A stretch of 64,000 bases of DNA from Asterionella formosa (Eukaryota): NCBI GenBank assembly GCA_002256025.1, contig NKIB01009642.1, positions 1 through 64,000 of the forward strand. Reading direction: 5' to 3'. Below are positions 47,337 through 59,770 of the stretch, in pieces (position 1 is the first letter of the stretch; the number at the start of each line of letters is the position of its first letter). The notes below the pieces were generated by a model. It ran no database searches, was not told where the DNA came from, and saw only the letters and a list, made by a program, of their open reading frames with translations. Position numbers and translations under genes: made by a program.

Positions 47337-48467
47337 CTACGGGTCTACATCCAGTGGTCTAATGGACCGATCCCGGACGCCTTGCCGTTGAAAGTTGCTG
47401 CGGTTAGGTTTTGTTCGCCAAGGCTCCTCACGCAAATCTGATTTGAAAAGGTTGACCTGCATTCTCCTCTTAATTTTATTGAACCTTCCCCCTATTTTCC
47501 CAGGTATGCTTTCTATATGTGTTGGAAGCCTTAATATTGGTCTATCCACAATTGTTTGTCGACCATTTGGTAGCGTTGCAATAACTAGGCGTGGACCAAA
47601 CATTGTTGCAAAACCTGCTCCCCCCATGAGTCCCCCCAAGTGTGCCCAATTATCTACCATTGGCATCATTGCACCAAACAAGAGGTTTACGCCAATTGTT
47701 CGTGTTAACGATTGCACCATTGCGTCTCCTCTGGCTCCAAAAAGTCCGTCATTTCTCAACAGGAAAACTGCACATGCCCCAATTATTCCAAACACCGCAC
47801 CCGAAGCACCAAGAGCTGGATTGGGAGATTTGTACGCACTAACAACATTCCCGGCGATTCCCGACACAAGGTAGGTCGCGAGAAAACGACCCGTCCCAAA
47901 GTAAGATTCAACTTGTGGTCCCACCGAACTCAGCGAGAGCGTGTTAGTAGCCAAATGAATGAGGCCGCCATGCAAGAATATTGGCGACACTAAACGATAG
48001 AGGTCTTCTCCGCGCGTAATTTTATCCGACAACTTTAATCCCCACCTTGTAAAAGACGGGTAAGCGACTTGAATGCCGTATGCAACAACGTTAACCCAAC
48101 CTATCCAAGACGTAGCGGAAAGACTACCGGGTCGCTTCATCTTCTCTCGGTCATATGTCAGAAAACTCCAAGGTGTCAGATCTTGTTGCCGTTTTCGAGC
48201 AGTCGGCTTTGTGACTTCCACTGGGTCGTCATCATCCGGTTCAGATCCGTCTCCGTAGAATAGCGTGCTGCTTCGATCAGGCGGCGACTTTGCTTTGCGA
48301 GGACTAAACACGCCTTGACGATGTCGAACCTTTCTGTATTGAGGAGGCAACGTTCGATGGAAGGACGAGGCCACCAGTGGGACATCGCGGCAGTCAATAT
48401 TGGTGAAAGTCGATGCAAGGACGAGCAGGAAGAAAAGGACGCGATTGATGCTGACGCGACGATTCAT
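47337..48467 (-). CDS. Rhomboid intramembrane serine protease
   Basis: YRLVSPIFLHGGLIHL, GASGAVFG and AHLGG motifs; N-terminal signal peptide. Confidence 0.92.
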   Translation of the reverse strand: MNRRVSINRVLFFLLVLASTFTNIDCRDVPLVASSFHRTLPPQYRKVRHRQGVFSPRKAKSPPDRSSTLFYGDGSEPDDDDPVEVTKPTARKRQQDLTPWSFLTYDREKMKRPGSLSATSWIGWVNVVAYGIQVAYPSFTRWGLKLSDKITRGEDLYRLVSPIFLHGGLIHLATNTLSLSSVGPQVESYFGTGRFLATYLVSGIAGNVVSAYKSPNPALGASGAVFGIIGACAVFLLRNDGLFGARGDAMVQSLTRTIGVNLLFGAMMPMVDNWAHLGGLMGGAGFATMFGPRLVIATLPNGRQTIVDRPILRLPTHIESIPGKIGGRFNKIKRRMQVNLFKSDLREEPWRTKPNRSNFQRQGVRDRSIRPLDVDP

Positions 48468-48889
48468 GGTACCGGTAGCAAAATTGCATGAACTCAAAGT
48501 TTCCTTGTGAGCCATGAATTGATGCTTTGCTTGTCCTTGTGTCGGTGAGCGGGAGTGATGCAGAGGCTGATTGATTGAGTGGGAACATCGACCAAAGTCG
48601 TCCTTTGCACAATACCGGACGTAGCTACATAGAAGCTACATAAGCTACGGTATAAAACTTGAACTTTTCGCTCCGACTTTCCATTTTATATACCGGTATA
48701 TATACGTTTACATACATTTATTAGTTTCGTTGGAGGAAATGAAAACACCAACATTTCTAGCAATTCCCTTACCAGTATTCCAATTATAACTAAGTTTCGG
48801 TATGATGTACAATATATAATTTTTATAAAGAACAAGAAAAATCCATGTGTAATATAATTCCGAGGCATTGGAAAACCCATTCTTTTTAC

Positions 48890-49960
48890 AAGTGATTTTC
48901 ATTTTTTGGGAACTCTGACAATGATAGAGTAGTAAGGCTGCTTGAAATGTATAGGTACTGCCTCATGCATTGATGCGCAATACATATTTATTCCCACCAC
49001 ATGCTTTGATGATGGTACTGAGGGCACTAGCAATAGGTACCGACCGGTAAGCCAGATTTGCGACAAGAAGGCATCAAAACCAACCAGATTTGCTTTCCAC
49101 GACGCATGCAAATAAATGTGCCAACCATCTACAATGACACAGGTCAAATATCAGCCCCATTATCTGAAATGCTGAGGAACGTATTGCCTTTTAACCATGA
49201 AAGTAGACCACACTGTTGATCATATTGGGATTGTGAGAATGGTATCTCTCGGCTGTGATCAGTATAAATAGAACAGAGCCCATCATGTAAGGCCACCTAA
49301 CTCTGTAGTGCTTCAGTAAGAAGGAGTATTAATCTCTTCATGCACTTCCTTGAAAGGTTCAACTAGTTCTGGGGCAACTGACCCTAATTGTCGTGAGTGT
49401 TGAGTCGTTGCATGGATGCTACATTCTGCAGGGTTGGAATATTGTTTGGGAGCCATTTTGGTTCGATTAGCTTTGCCGACAGCAATGAGTGTTGATGCCA
49501 TATCATAATTTGATGTAGATGAGGTAGAAGGGATACTGCCTCCTGATACAGACGTTAGCATCAAGTCATGGATATGTTGCACTTCATTTCTTGTTGTGGG
49601 AGACAACTGTTCCCAGATCGCATGGTGTAATATAAACCCATCAGTATATTGGTTACTGCGCCTTTTTTGTCTTTGGCTCATCATTGTATTCAATAATTGG
49701 TGGACTGTCATATCATTTGGATCAGTTGGTCTGAAGAAACTAGTTCAGTCATTGAAGCATTGTTAGCAGCTTCGAGTGTATTTCGTGCAGGGAGGCTTTA
49801 AGCATTGCATGCAGAGGCCCAATGTATTATTGGGTCCTTCCTACAATGATTTGATAAGGAAGGGTGGGATGTTGATGAGACCTTCTTGTGGAAAGCTGGC
49901 TTTAGGAGTTCGTATGAGGCATCAGTCTAAGTGCCAAAAAACAAAAATAAAAAAATTGAT
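48890..49960 (-). mobile_element. Degenerate Ty1/copia (CoDi-like) gag-protease remnant
   Basis: Frameshifted ISDNGAD/TCVIVDGWHI...KANLVGFD protease-like motif at ~49170-49075. Upstream gag-like IWEQLSP..R. No LTRs recognised; boundaries approximate. Confidence 0.55.
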
Positions 49961-49966
49961 TCAGAT

Positions 49967-52237
49967 CTATTTCCCCGTTTGATTCACCTTCTTGTTGCAA
50001 TAGTCATTCCGGGGATACTCATTTACTTTCCTGTAGGTGTCCTCGAGTATGTCACAATCTACGGTCTCCCAACCACGCAACTTCCCAAAACTCACTGGCG
50101 TAAATAGGACTCGCTGTGTCGTCTTCAACGCAACAATGGCAGGAATCATGGCAAACGTTGACTTGGACAAAATTAGCATGTCACTCCTTTGCATATCGCC
50201 CCATACTGTCTGCAGCGATCCGTCAACATACATGGAAAAGTTTTTGAAATCGTCTAAAGATTCTGCACTTTGTTCTGACTCCATATAGATCGTCACATTG
50301 GCACCTTTCGGAGCATACCTCTCAATAATTTGAATGTAGTGCTGATTGGGAAGGTACCGAGCTGGATGTGACTGACAGGTGCTATTGTTGTTGTCAATCG
50401 TTGTCTTGGGAGTGTCGTCCCACATGCAAGGGCTAATGTCCCCTCTACGAACATGAACTGCAACCTGATACAAAGTACTGGCATTCAACAACGGACTTAT
50501 TGACGATGATCGGGTATGACTCCTAATAAAAGCGAGCCATTCATCTGTGAATAGCTCATCCATAGGGAGAAGCAGATACAAGGTATTGGACAATGAGATT
50601 TGGGAAGAATTCCTCCTAAGAGGACATGCAAATTTCAGGATATCTTCCAGGCCAAGAAATAAAATCAATTCTTTTTGAACCACATTTGCTTTACCATCAC
50701 CATAGATGCAGGCCCCACCGTACTCCACGCCATGTTTCAGAGACCATGCGTGGGCCCTCATCATATCCAAAAGGGCAGCTCCACTACGGTCGTTTCGCGC
50801 CTGAGAAAAAACAGTTGTAATGTTATTGAGAAAGGCGGGTCGATCAGTCGTCGATGTATTCATTAAGGGAGTAGATGTGGTCATGAGGTGGTTGCTAGCC
50901 AAACCAAGCGGTCTGGTGGCTTGGTTTCTGGTACGTTCTACCCTATCCCCGGCACTTGCACCAGTACTTGTTAGATCCACAGATGCATCTAGATGACAGT
51001 ACTTTATTCTCGGAAAGTCCGCCATTTTTCTGAACGTTGCCTCCAGTATATCACAATCTACAGCTTCCCAGTTGGGAATTCTTCCGAAACTCACTGGCGT
51101 AAATAAGACTCGCTGTGTCGCCTTCAACGCAACAATGGCAGGGATCATGGCAAACGTTGACTTGGACAAAATTAGCATATCACTCCTTTGCATATCTCCC
51201 CATATTGTTTGCAGTGATCCATCGATATACATGGAAAAGTTTTTGAAATCGTCTAAGGATTCTGCACTTTGTTTTGACTCAACATAGATCGTCACATTGG
51301 CACCCTTTGGAACGTATTTCTCAATAATTTGGAGGTAGTGTTGATTGGGAAGATATCGAGATTTATGTGGCCGACAAGTATTATTGTTTTCATCCACTGT
51401 AAACCGGGGAGTCTGCCACTCCTCAATGCAAGGGCTAACGTCACCTCTTCGGACATGAACTGCAACCTTATACACATCACCGGAATTCGGTTGTTTCTCC
51501 ATTGATGATGGATGCGAATTATTCCTGACAAATGCGAGCCAATCATCGGTGAACAATTCTGCCATGGGAGGCGGAAGATACACTGTGTTGGACAACATGA
51601 TTTGGGACGAATTTTGCCTATCTGGACAGTCAAATTTAAGTATCTTTTCCAAGCCAAGAAATGTAATCAGTTCTTTGTGAACCAAATTTTCTTTGCCATC
51701 TCCATATATGCAGGCACCACCGTATTTTCCACCTTTCTGCATCGCCCATGCGTGAGCTCTCATCATATCCAAAAGGGCAGCCCCTCCTCTGTCTCGTCGA
51801 GCCTGGGAAAAGTACGCGATAGCAACCTTTTCGACAGGGGCAGGTTGATCCATCTTTGATGTGTTTGCTAGCGGAAACAATTCAATAGAAGTGCCTGAAA
51901 AAATTTCTGCAGGGCGATCAATTGTTGATGCGCTACTATGGGTTGTGTCTGATGTACTGGAACGAGGCTTGACTACGACCATCTGGCTGTTCTCTCGGAT
52001 TATCGTAGAATTGTTTTCGCGCACTAAAGATTTCGCCTGATCATGCATGGGTTCGTTTTCAGCGTCTAGGCCTACGATTTTAGTGTTTGCTGAATGGAGA
52101 TGATCTGGAACCGGCAATTGTTCGCCTTCACGGAGCTCTGAAGCAAACATGTCGTTCTGTGTCTGAAAAGTAACCCAGAGACTCAACAAACATACTGCAA
52201 TTGCGAGGATCAAAGTGACCCTCAACGAAGTGATCAT
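49967..52237 (-). CDS. Type II membrane protein with two tandem fucosyltransferase-like (GT-B) domains
   Basis: N-terminal TM helix and Ser/Thr stem, then two copies of DRxGAALLDM...VAVHVRRGD...RYLPN...DMLILSKSTF. Confidence 0.75.
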   Translation of the reverse strand: MITSLRVTLILAIAVCLLSLWVTFQTQNDMFASELREGEQLPVPDHLHSANTKIVGLDAENEPMHDQAKSLVRENNSTIIRENSQMVVVKPRSSTSDTTHSSASTIDRPAEIFSGTSIELFPLANTSKMDQPAPVEKVAIAYFSQARRDRGGAALLDMMRAHAWAMQKGGKYGGACIYGDGKENLVHKELITFLGLEKILKFDCPDRQNSSQIMLSNTVYLPPPMAELFTDDWLAFVRNNSHPSSMEKQPNSGDVYKVAVHVRRGDVSPCIEEWQTPRFTVDENNNTCRPHKSRYLPNQHYLQIIEKYVPKGANVTIYVESKQSAESLDDFKNFSMYIDGSLQTIWGDMQRSDMLILSKSTFAMIPAIVALKATQRVLFTPVSFGRIPNWEAVDCDILEATFRKMADFPRIKYCHLDASVDLTSTGASAGDRVERTRNQATRPLGLASNHLMTTSTPLMNTSTTDRPAFLNNITTVFSQARNDRSGAALLDMMRAHAWSLKHGVEYGGACIYGDGKANVVQKELILFLGLEDILKFACPLRRNSSQISLSNTLYLLLPMDELFTDEWLAFIRSHTRSSSISPLLNASTLYQVAVHVRRGDISPCMWDDTPKTTIDNNNSTCQSHPARYLPNQHYIQIIERYAPKGANVTIYMESEQSAESLDDFKNFSMYVDGSLQTVWGDMQRSDMLILSKSTFAMIPAIVALKTTQRVLFTPVSFGKLRGWETVDCDILEDTYRKVNEYPRNDYCNKKVNQTGK

Positions 52238-55200
52238 TGTGTTCGAATCAATGATCAAGCTTTCTTCATAGAGACGGACATGTCCTTTGTCCAAACAAAC
52301 ATGACCTTTTTGTCAAAGTTACCCATATAACGACGTTGTTGTGGTTCCAGGTACCGGTAATTGTATAAAATACCGATATTTTAATTTTTCCTACAATATA
52401 CATATATATTTTTATAGCGTATTCTTACCAGTGTATTCCCACATTTGCATTCATCGCGCCATGCATGGTACCTGGTACCAGTACGGTAATTACTTCCTCG
52501 AGTGGAAGTATTTGTTAAAAAATTGTGGTAGCTGGGGTGTGTTGAAAAATATGGCGCGACTCCAGCGCACTCCAGTACTGCCCTGGAATGACCGGTCAAG
52601 ATCTTTCTCACGCCGCTCGTCTGCAGATTCTTCTTCTATATAAATCCTGTCTATTTCCGTTTAGCCATTCCTCAGACCACCTAGCCTTCGGACACCTGTC
52701 GACATCAACAGCCTAACAGACACACTCTGACAGGGGTGTTCCTGGTTCAATTCTCTATGACTGCAATTCTCATGTCAGTTGGAGAATGGGATGGTGAGTG
52801 TTAATTGGGTGAAAGATTTCCTTTTTGGCCCCACTCTGTCTGGTTGAGTTTTCTGTATTGGTTTGTTTCTCATGAATCCTTGGATTCTAATTTGTCTGTG
52901 ATGTCGTTGTGTGGTATTTGCCGGTAGTCTTTGATTGTTCTATTATTTCACTGCATTGTTGCTTTTGCTGGTAATTAGCTCAGTCTTGTTTTGTCACTTA
53001 TGTCATTTGTTTTTTGCCTGTAGCTAGTTCTTGATTTGTCACTAATGCCAGTGTTTGGCTTTCGCCAATAGTCGTTGATTTGTCTCTCATTTCATTTGGC
53101 TTTTGCCAGTATTCCTTGATTGTTCTCTAATTTCATTCCATGGATTTTGCCAGGAGTCCTTGATTTGTCTCTCATGTCTATTGCTTCATGGAAAACTAAT
53201 GAAATCTTTCTATCAGAATTTAACACAATAGCTTGATTGATCGATGCTGCTCTGACACTATTGAACAAATGGGTCTCCAATGCGATAGAATTTACCTTTA
53301 GTCAGAGGAGTCAAACAAACACCCTAACTCAATGGGTCATGCAAGGCAGTTTTTATTGGTACTGTAAAGGCCACATATGTGCAGGTGACCATGATTGTCA
53401 GTTGGCAATAGGTTCTGCAAGCTGCGGTCATTTTGCCAAAACTGAAGCATGGTGCCGGCAGGCACTCAAATTCTTCGACCCCTATGATAATATTACATCA
53501 CCATTTAGAAATTTCTAACGGTTTCACGCTGGACCATTTTCAATGTTATCAAAATCTAAGAAAAAAAATGATTTTCTGATTAAAATGGTTTCCCAATTGG
53601 TTTTTTTTTTCAAATTCAATTCTGAGCGAGTGTCAAGATTCCTTATTCAAGAAATCTCCTCATGTAGATGCATTTCATGAAGAGTAGTCCAAAGGGATCT
53701 ACATACGAAAAACATGCGTAACAGGCATGTTCCATACATATATATGCTATAATGAATCGAACATGATTCTTCATTACCATCATCATTATAAGAACAGACC
53801 ATGATGAGATGATTTTAATATTGAATTTTGCACGACTATGTAAATCTTTTAAAAAATATCTTAGATAGAATATGCTTGACAAAAGCAAGTAGTGAAACAA
53901 ATGTTGACATAGCTTTGGTATTCTTTGCAAAATAGCTAAAATAGAAAATCGGCCAAAGCAAAATGGCGCTTGACTGAAGCGACAATATCTCCATGATTTA
54001 TTGCCAGATCAAAATCCGTCATGTTTACATACATCAAATAGCCATAAACTACTACAACATCATTAGCTGAAAACAACTATTGATTTATATTGCTTGATTG
54101 ATCTGTCTACAATAGGCATATCATCATTGTCATGACGTTTCTACTTCCAAGAACATTCATAAGTAGAACAATTGAATAATATATATATTGTATCCCTCAG
54201 TTCACCAGTATACATAGCTACTTAATATGTATTCAGTAATGTTGGGGCTACACATCTTCTTCATCAAAATATGTAGTAGCATTCAAGTCCTTCTCCTCAC
54301 AGCCCAGCATTGCAAAATCACACCTTGAAATTAAGCCAATCTCAACCACATATCATTGATCCTCTTCCATCCAGAGTGACAATTCCAAACCAGTCAAGCC
54401 TGCACAGTATGAAAATACTTTAATTGACAATTCTGTGTCATGCGCCAGGAACTCTCCAGAATTTGAACATGTGATGTTCCAGCATTATTCCACTTGGTCA
54501 ATATGGTTGCTGAGACCATTATGGACTGCTTGGGTTGCAATCTAAATGTATTCGCAAGAGAACAGTTGATTAGCTTCAGTCTAGTAGTCCAAATATCTGA
54601 CTCTAATACATAAATGATACTGGTATTCTGCCTTGTCTATCGTAGCAGAGAAATATTACAACATGTCCCAGGTAAGCAAAATCATTCAATAGTGAACAGG
54701 CACAGTATGGTGGAAATATGTATAACCTATACATATGTATGTTGAACAACCCATAGATTCGCTCATAACGGGCAGCCAACAGCTACTACCTGGCTGGTAC
54801 CAGGGTACTTGGTGTTAAATTCTTCTGCAGCCTGACTGCAATGCTAGCTCGTTCTAGACAAGCTCAGTGTATGAAAACCTTCTGTTCTAATCCCACCTTA
54901 TTGTGAGCTTATTTGATCAATCTTGTAATCGTTCACATTACCAATTATTACGGTTCTCTTCCCAAATTTGTATATAGATATTCATTGTGTTGTTAGACAT
55001 TCAATTCTCAACTGACAACTCAACTCCACTCACTTAGTAGAACAATCGTGAATATTCAATGCTATCTGCATTGCATATATACCTTTCCTTCATTGAAATA
55101 TTGATTACTTAGAACATTCTCCATTCGAATATTTACCTTGGTTTGCTGATATAGTTCTTGGCAATCAATGCTGTTCAAATTCTCACAGCATTTCAATACG

Positions 55201-56044
55201 GGATTTTGGCTGGAATATTGTTCAAGATTGATTAGTTCGACTGAACTTATATGCACGCAGTACTAAATCTTGACAACCTGGTACCAGCATGCAGTAAAAC
55301 CAACAGGGTACGAATATAATTATATAGCACACATTAGTAGAAAAAAGCACCTACCGGTAGTAAACGTTTTTCTCTGTGTCATTTGATAGATGGATTCATC
55401 GTGTGATTTGCGTTACAGCTGTTCATATACTGAATTCGTTCTCCTTTACTATATCTATACATAAAACCGTACTCCTTATTCGTTCATGAAAGACTATTAT
55501 TCATACCAGGTACCAGTACCGGTACACACAGTATGTACAAGAAATGAAAGCAATAAGCGATACATCTCGACGCACGATAGACAAAAAGAATACATGTATG
55601 ATCATACCGGTAGTGGTGAATATTTACTATCATTATAAGAACATGTTGTGGTATCCACGATTTCTTTTGTTGCATATACCACGTCATATGTGTGATTGTG
55701 TGATGATGCTATGGATATAAATACATATAAGAGATGCGATTCTACGTAATCTATATAGATCTGCAGCCGTTACAGGACGGCCTCGGCCGTTTCTCATGTC
55801 CACTAATAACTGGTAGATTATAACTTCTAGCTGCTGTACAGTGCATAATATATACGTCAATCTTTTCGGGGCATGTATTGGTGTATGCATTATAGCGTAT
55901 ATATTTAGAAAAAGCGAATGTGACAGGCTCGTCGATGTAACTGATCACAATACTATCAATTGTTCGTATCGGAACTTTACCATTACCAAGTAAATCTCCT
56001 CGGACTAAACACCGTGGAACAAACATTGCACCAGTACCTCTCAG

Positions 56045-57508
56045 ATGATGGTGTTTGGTCTGTTTGCTAAGAAAGATGTGCCTGCTTCCGATTGCATTGC
56101 GGTTACGCTGAGAACGCGAAGGCCACGGGCAATCGTGGTCATCCTTGGTTGGATGGGATCCAGCGAAAAAGAACTGCAAGAATACGCCTCGCTCTATCAG
56201 AATTTGCTATGCAGTACTGTATGTGTGACTGCTCCTACGATGAGCTTGGCGATGCACGACGCTACCACGTTGGGAGAGATAGCTGTTGCAGCCCTGCGAG
56301 AAGCGTCACGATTAGTACGGATGGGGGAATGGAGCGAAATGGGGCGTGGGCATGTTCCTATTATAATTCAAGTGCTCAGTCATGGTGGTGCCCAACTATT
56401 GGAAGAAATTGAGCGACGTATCAGAGAGGTTGTATCACCTGCAGCATTGGCAATCATGAACGATGATTGTTCTGTTGTTTCTTTAGGAGGAAGGCCGATG
56501 ATGCCATCTGTGTCGAACGCCAACACTAGAACACCAAGTTTGACGTTTTCCAATGTTTCCAATGTGACGGAGGAGCATCATGAGGATGTGCGGCAGCAGA
56601 AGCGATGGATTCCATTACTGAAATCATCGCTGATTCAAAATACGATACCATTGTTTGACAGGCCTAATACCTGTGGTCAGAGGCCACGACGGCAGCATCG
56701 GAAACGACGAATCCCTATATTAAAGAGATTCGATATGGAAAAGAATAAGACAGTCACAACAGAACAGGCTTGTAATTCCGATGTTGAAGCGTATCAGCGT
56801 GATTTGCAACTATTTGCTTCTCGGCTAGCATTGGGTGCGATTGTTTTCGATTCTGCGCCATGTTTTCCCTCCCTTCAACGAGAACTGTCAACCGCTGAAG
56901 TATGCCTCAAATCTGATCCTGTGATGAGGTTGGCAGCGCAGTCTGCCATTGCCAGCCAACAAGTATTACATGGAATTATGCATCACTCTTTGATGGGCAG
57001 ATATCCATCGACGACGGGAGAGAGCGTTGAGGTTGGTCGTCCGGAGCAGTTTTGGCGTAATTTTCTGGATCTTGCCTTGACCAAACGACATGCCTTCATA
57101 TACGGAGCGGCGGATAATGTTTGTGACGCATATAAGATCAAGGAACTTATTGCTTCTCATCGCAAGCGTGGCCTCAGCATTATTGAATGTCCAATTGGTG
57201 GCACTGGACATTTGGAACACAACCGTCGCCACCATGATCTCTACATGGAATTTCTCTGTCAAGTACTAGATAGCGTGTGTCCGAAAAAATCGGGAGAAGA
57301 AAACGAAGAGGATGGGTGGTTAGATGCAGGGGCGGAGAGGGTCATCGAGAAAATCGCAAAGACTCCTCGGCCAAAAAATTGGGATAGCAAATCTATGAGG
57401 AATGTTGTAGACATAGAAAATGAAAACCCAACAAAAATCTGTTCCAAGGTAGCATCCAAACCAACGGCATTCTTACACGTAAGGGAGATGTTGAACAATG
57501 GAATATAA
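56045..57508 (+). CDS. DUF829/TMEM53-like alpha/beta hydrolase fold protein
   Basis: VILGWMGS, LSHGG, IVFDSAP, FIYGAAD and GHLEH motifs, with a long low-complexity insertion. Confidence 0.8.
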   Translation: MMVFGLFAKKDVPASDCIAVTLRTRRPRAIVVILGWMGSSEKELQEYASLYQNLLCSTVCVTAPTMSLAMHDATTLGEIAVAALREASRLVRMGEWSEMGRGHVPIIIQVLSHGGAQLLEEIERRIREVVSPAALAIMNDDCSVVSLGGRPMMPSVSNANTRTPSLTFSNVSNVTEEHHEDVRQQKRWIPLLKSSLIQNTIPLFDRPNTCGQRPRRQHRKRRIPILKRFDMEKNKTVTTEQACNSDVEAYQRDLQLFASRLALGAIVFDSAPCFPSLQRELSTAEVCLKSDPVMRLAAQSAIASQQVLHGIMHHSLMGRYPSTTGESVEVGRPEQFWRNFLDLALTKRHAFIYGAADNVCDAYKIKELIASHRKRGLSIIECPIGGTGHLEHNRRHHDLYMEFLCQVLDSVCPKKSGEENEEDGWLDAGAERVIEKIAKTPRPKNWDSKSMRNVVDIENENPTKICSKVASKPTAFLHVREMLNNGI

Positions 57509-57834
57509 GGCAGATGCGTCCATAAATTGGCAAATTCAATGGAGCCCTGTCAATGCGATTTGTTCTAGTGTTGGGCAACTAGAACAACGGAGGGAACACA
57601 AACAAAAAAATTGTGTCAGCCTACAATGATCATGCATTAAATTAAGGTTTAGTGTGTCTAGCAAGGGGTTTTGTAGAATGTGACAATTCTAAATATTCAC
57701 TGGAACGAGGACTTGCAGAGATCCAAACGGCGTTGACACTATATTAAAATGGTATCAATTTATGCCTTGCACATGTGATGTACCCTTGGTGGTAGATTCT
57801 ATTCTCGCGTCGAACGACGGAGAGTCGTGTCTGG

Positions 57835-58859
57835 TCAATACCATTGATAATTTTTAGACAGGTCATCCCAATCCACTAACTGCCACGATCCTTGCGCTCG
57901 CTGGCCTTCATCGCCAGGAGTTGTGACCATCTCAAACCGAACCAAATGGGTCACTCGTTTGCTTTCGTTTGTATCTGTACCTTGAATTAATTCACCAGTT
58001 TTAGCATCTTTTATTTGGAAGGATTCAATGCAATCGATGGAAACATCGAAAATAACTGTTCGGACGCCAATGTTCCCTGTGGCGTCAATTATCTCGTTTG
58101 CTAGCTGTCTTGCCTGAGATATGTCTTTATTCTTTTGAAATTCCGCTTCCATATTTCGATAGGATCCTTTAATTGAAGGCTTTTCCTTCACGCTCGCTCT
58201 GGTCAGCACGGGAACAACAAAGGCATGCTCAATTCTAGCATCCACAGGAACGATTTTGAGTCTCAAACGAATCGTGGTTGGATCTAAGGATTGATACTTT
58301 GCCCACAACGTTTCTTCTAGAAGCGTCTTCGTCAGAGATTGCGCTGAACTTCGTTCCGCATCGGTACACGCATTACTTTCAATGGATTCGTTGAAATCAA
58401 CAATTGCCTCGTCTGCCTTGAAAATGGAATCGATTTTCACTATTGGACGCATTTGAAGGGAGGAAGAAGTGTTCAGTGCAGCTCGAGGGAACCGAACCAT
58501 CTGCTTGGAGTGAGGAACAATGTGATTTACTGAAACTTACCTTGGAATAGCTCAGCCAACAAGCTGGCAATTCCCACTTGAAAGGCATAGGAAAAATCGG
58601 CAGCGAGTTCTTTTCTCCAAGCCGACTGTAGAAGTATTTGAAAGTATGTCTTGTTCAACTCCCGCGACGCAAGAATGTAACGAAAGAACAACGCTAGCTG
58701 ATTTTGAGGCTGCCCACTTAGATCATCCACAGTAACAGTCCGATCCAAGGCGACAGGAGAATGACGCCAAGGAAATACAGTTTTCTCCGTTGAATACTGT
58801 CGTTGATTGGTAGCGCTCAAGCGGCAAGCGATTGATCGAAATTGCAATGCCCTCTTCAT
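57835..58859 (-). CDS. Tim44-like domain protein, probably mitochondrial, 2 exons (58859-58541, 58439-57835)
   Basis: Arg-rich leader MKRALQFRS. C-terminal C.ESFQIKD..TGELIQG..VTHLVRFEM..WQLVDWD. Phase-1 intron 58540-58440. Confidence 0.65.
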
Positions 58860-59770
58860 CTTTGTTGGTTCCAGGTTTTGTGCTTTGCCGTTGCTAACAA
58901 CGGTGGACCAAAACGCCAACCAAATAGTGTTTTGACTCCGACAACCCAAAAAAACGATGCTATCGGTAGTGAAAAACCCAACGCAAGCAAAGAAGGCAGT
59001 AATTTTCAGGGATTCTGTGCCCATATCCCAATAAGTTACTACCCATACGGGTAATGTTTAGGAACCTCCTTTTGCTTTCACAGATAGCTAGCTACCTTTA
59101 ATTCTTACTCTCATTCAAGAGAGTGTACCTCACCAACTTTCCCTGCATGCCAGGGCCAGAAGTCACCACGTTTGTTGGGATGATATCTGGAGGGCGCCGC
59201 TTTTCTGTGCCCAAGCTGTTCATACCAGGAAGCATTACACAGGCTCCCCTACTAACCTAGAGTAGTAATTGGAAATAAAGGTGGTAGTGAAATTTTGGGG
59301 TCAGAAGCTATTTTTTGGTGTGGGTAGGAGCTGAGCTTACAAAGAATGGCATGCAGAAAAAGAAAATTGGGTAGGGGGAAATAGCCAGATAATTATTGCA
59401 GTAATCTCTTCATGGAAGGACACAACTCATTCTCTTGCTGCAACTTTACTGGGAGTATCTATGGAGTTGACTATATCCCACCATCCCACATACAGCAGCA
59501 AGACTGTTACTATATCCGATTTTTAGATGATAGAAACGACATAACAAACAACTTTACTGAACATTGATCCAACAGATGGGGTTCTAGAATCAAATAAACC
59601 ATGAGGCATCAAACTTCTCATTTGCTCATTCCTTATTTTTGAATACACTTTGCGATATTTTTCTCAACCTACTACGTAGGCTCCTGCATTGCCCATAAAT
59701 GCAATATGACAGGTTTCTGAGTTGCTGCATTTTGGTAGTAGCCATGTACCTCTGTACAGAATATTCATCA

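Noticed and set aside
53950..55300. Possible decayed gene in AT-rich DNA
   Set aside because: Only short broken frames with no motif I can recognise.
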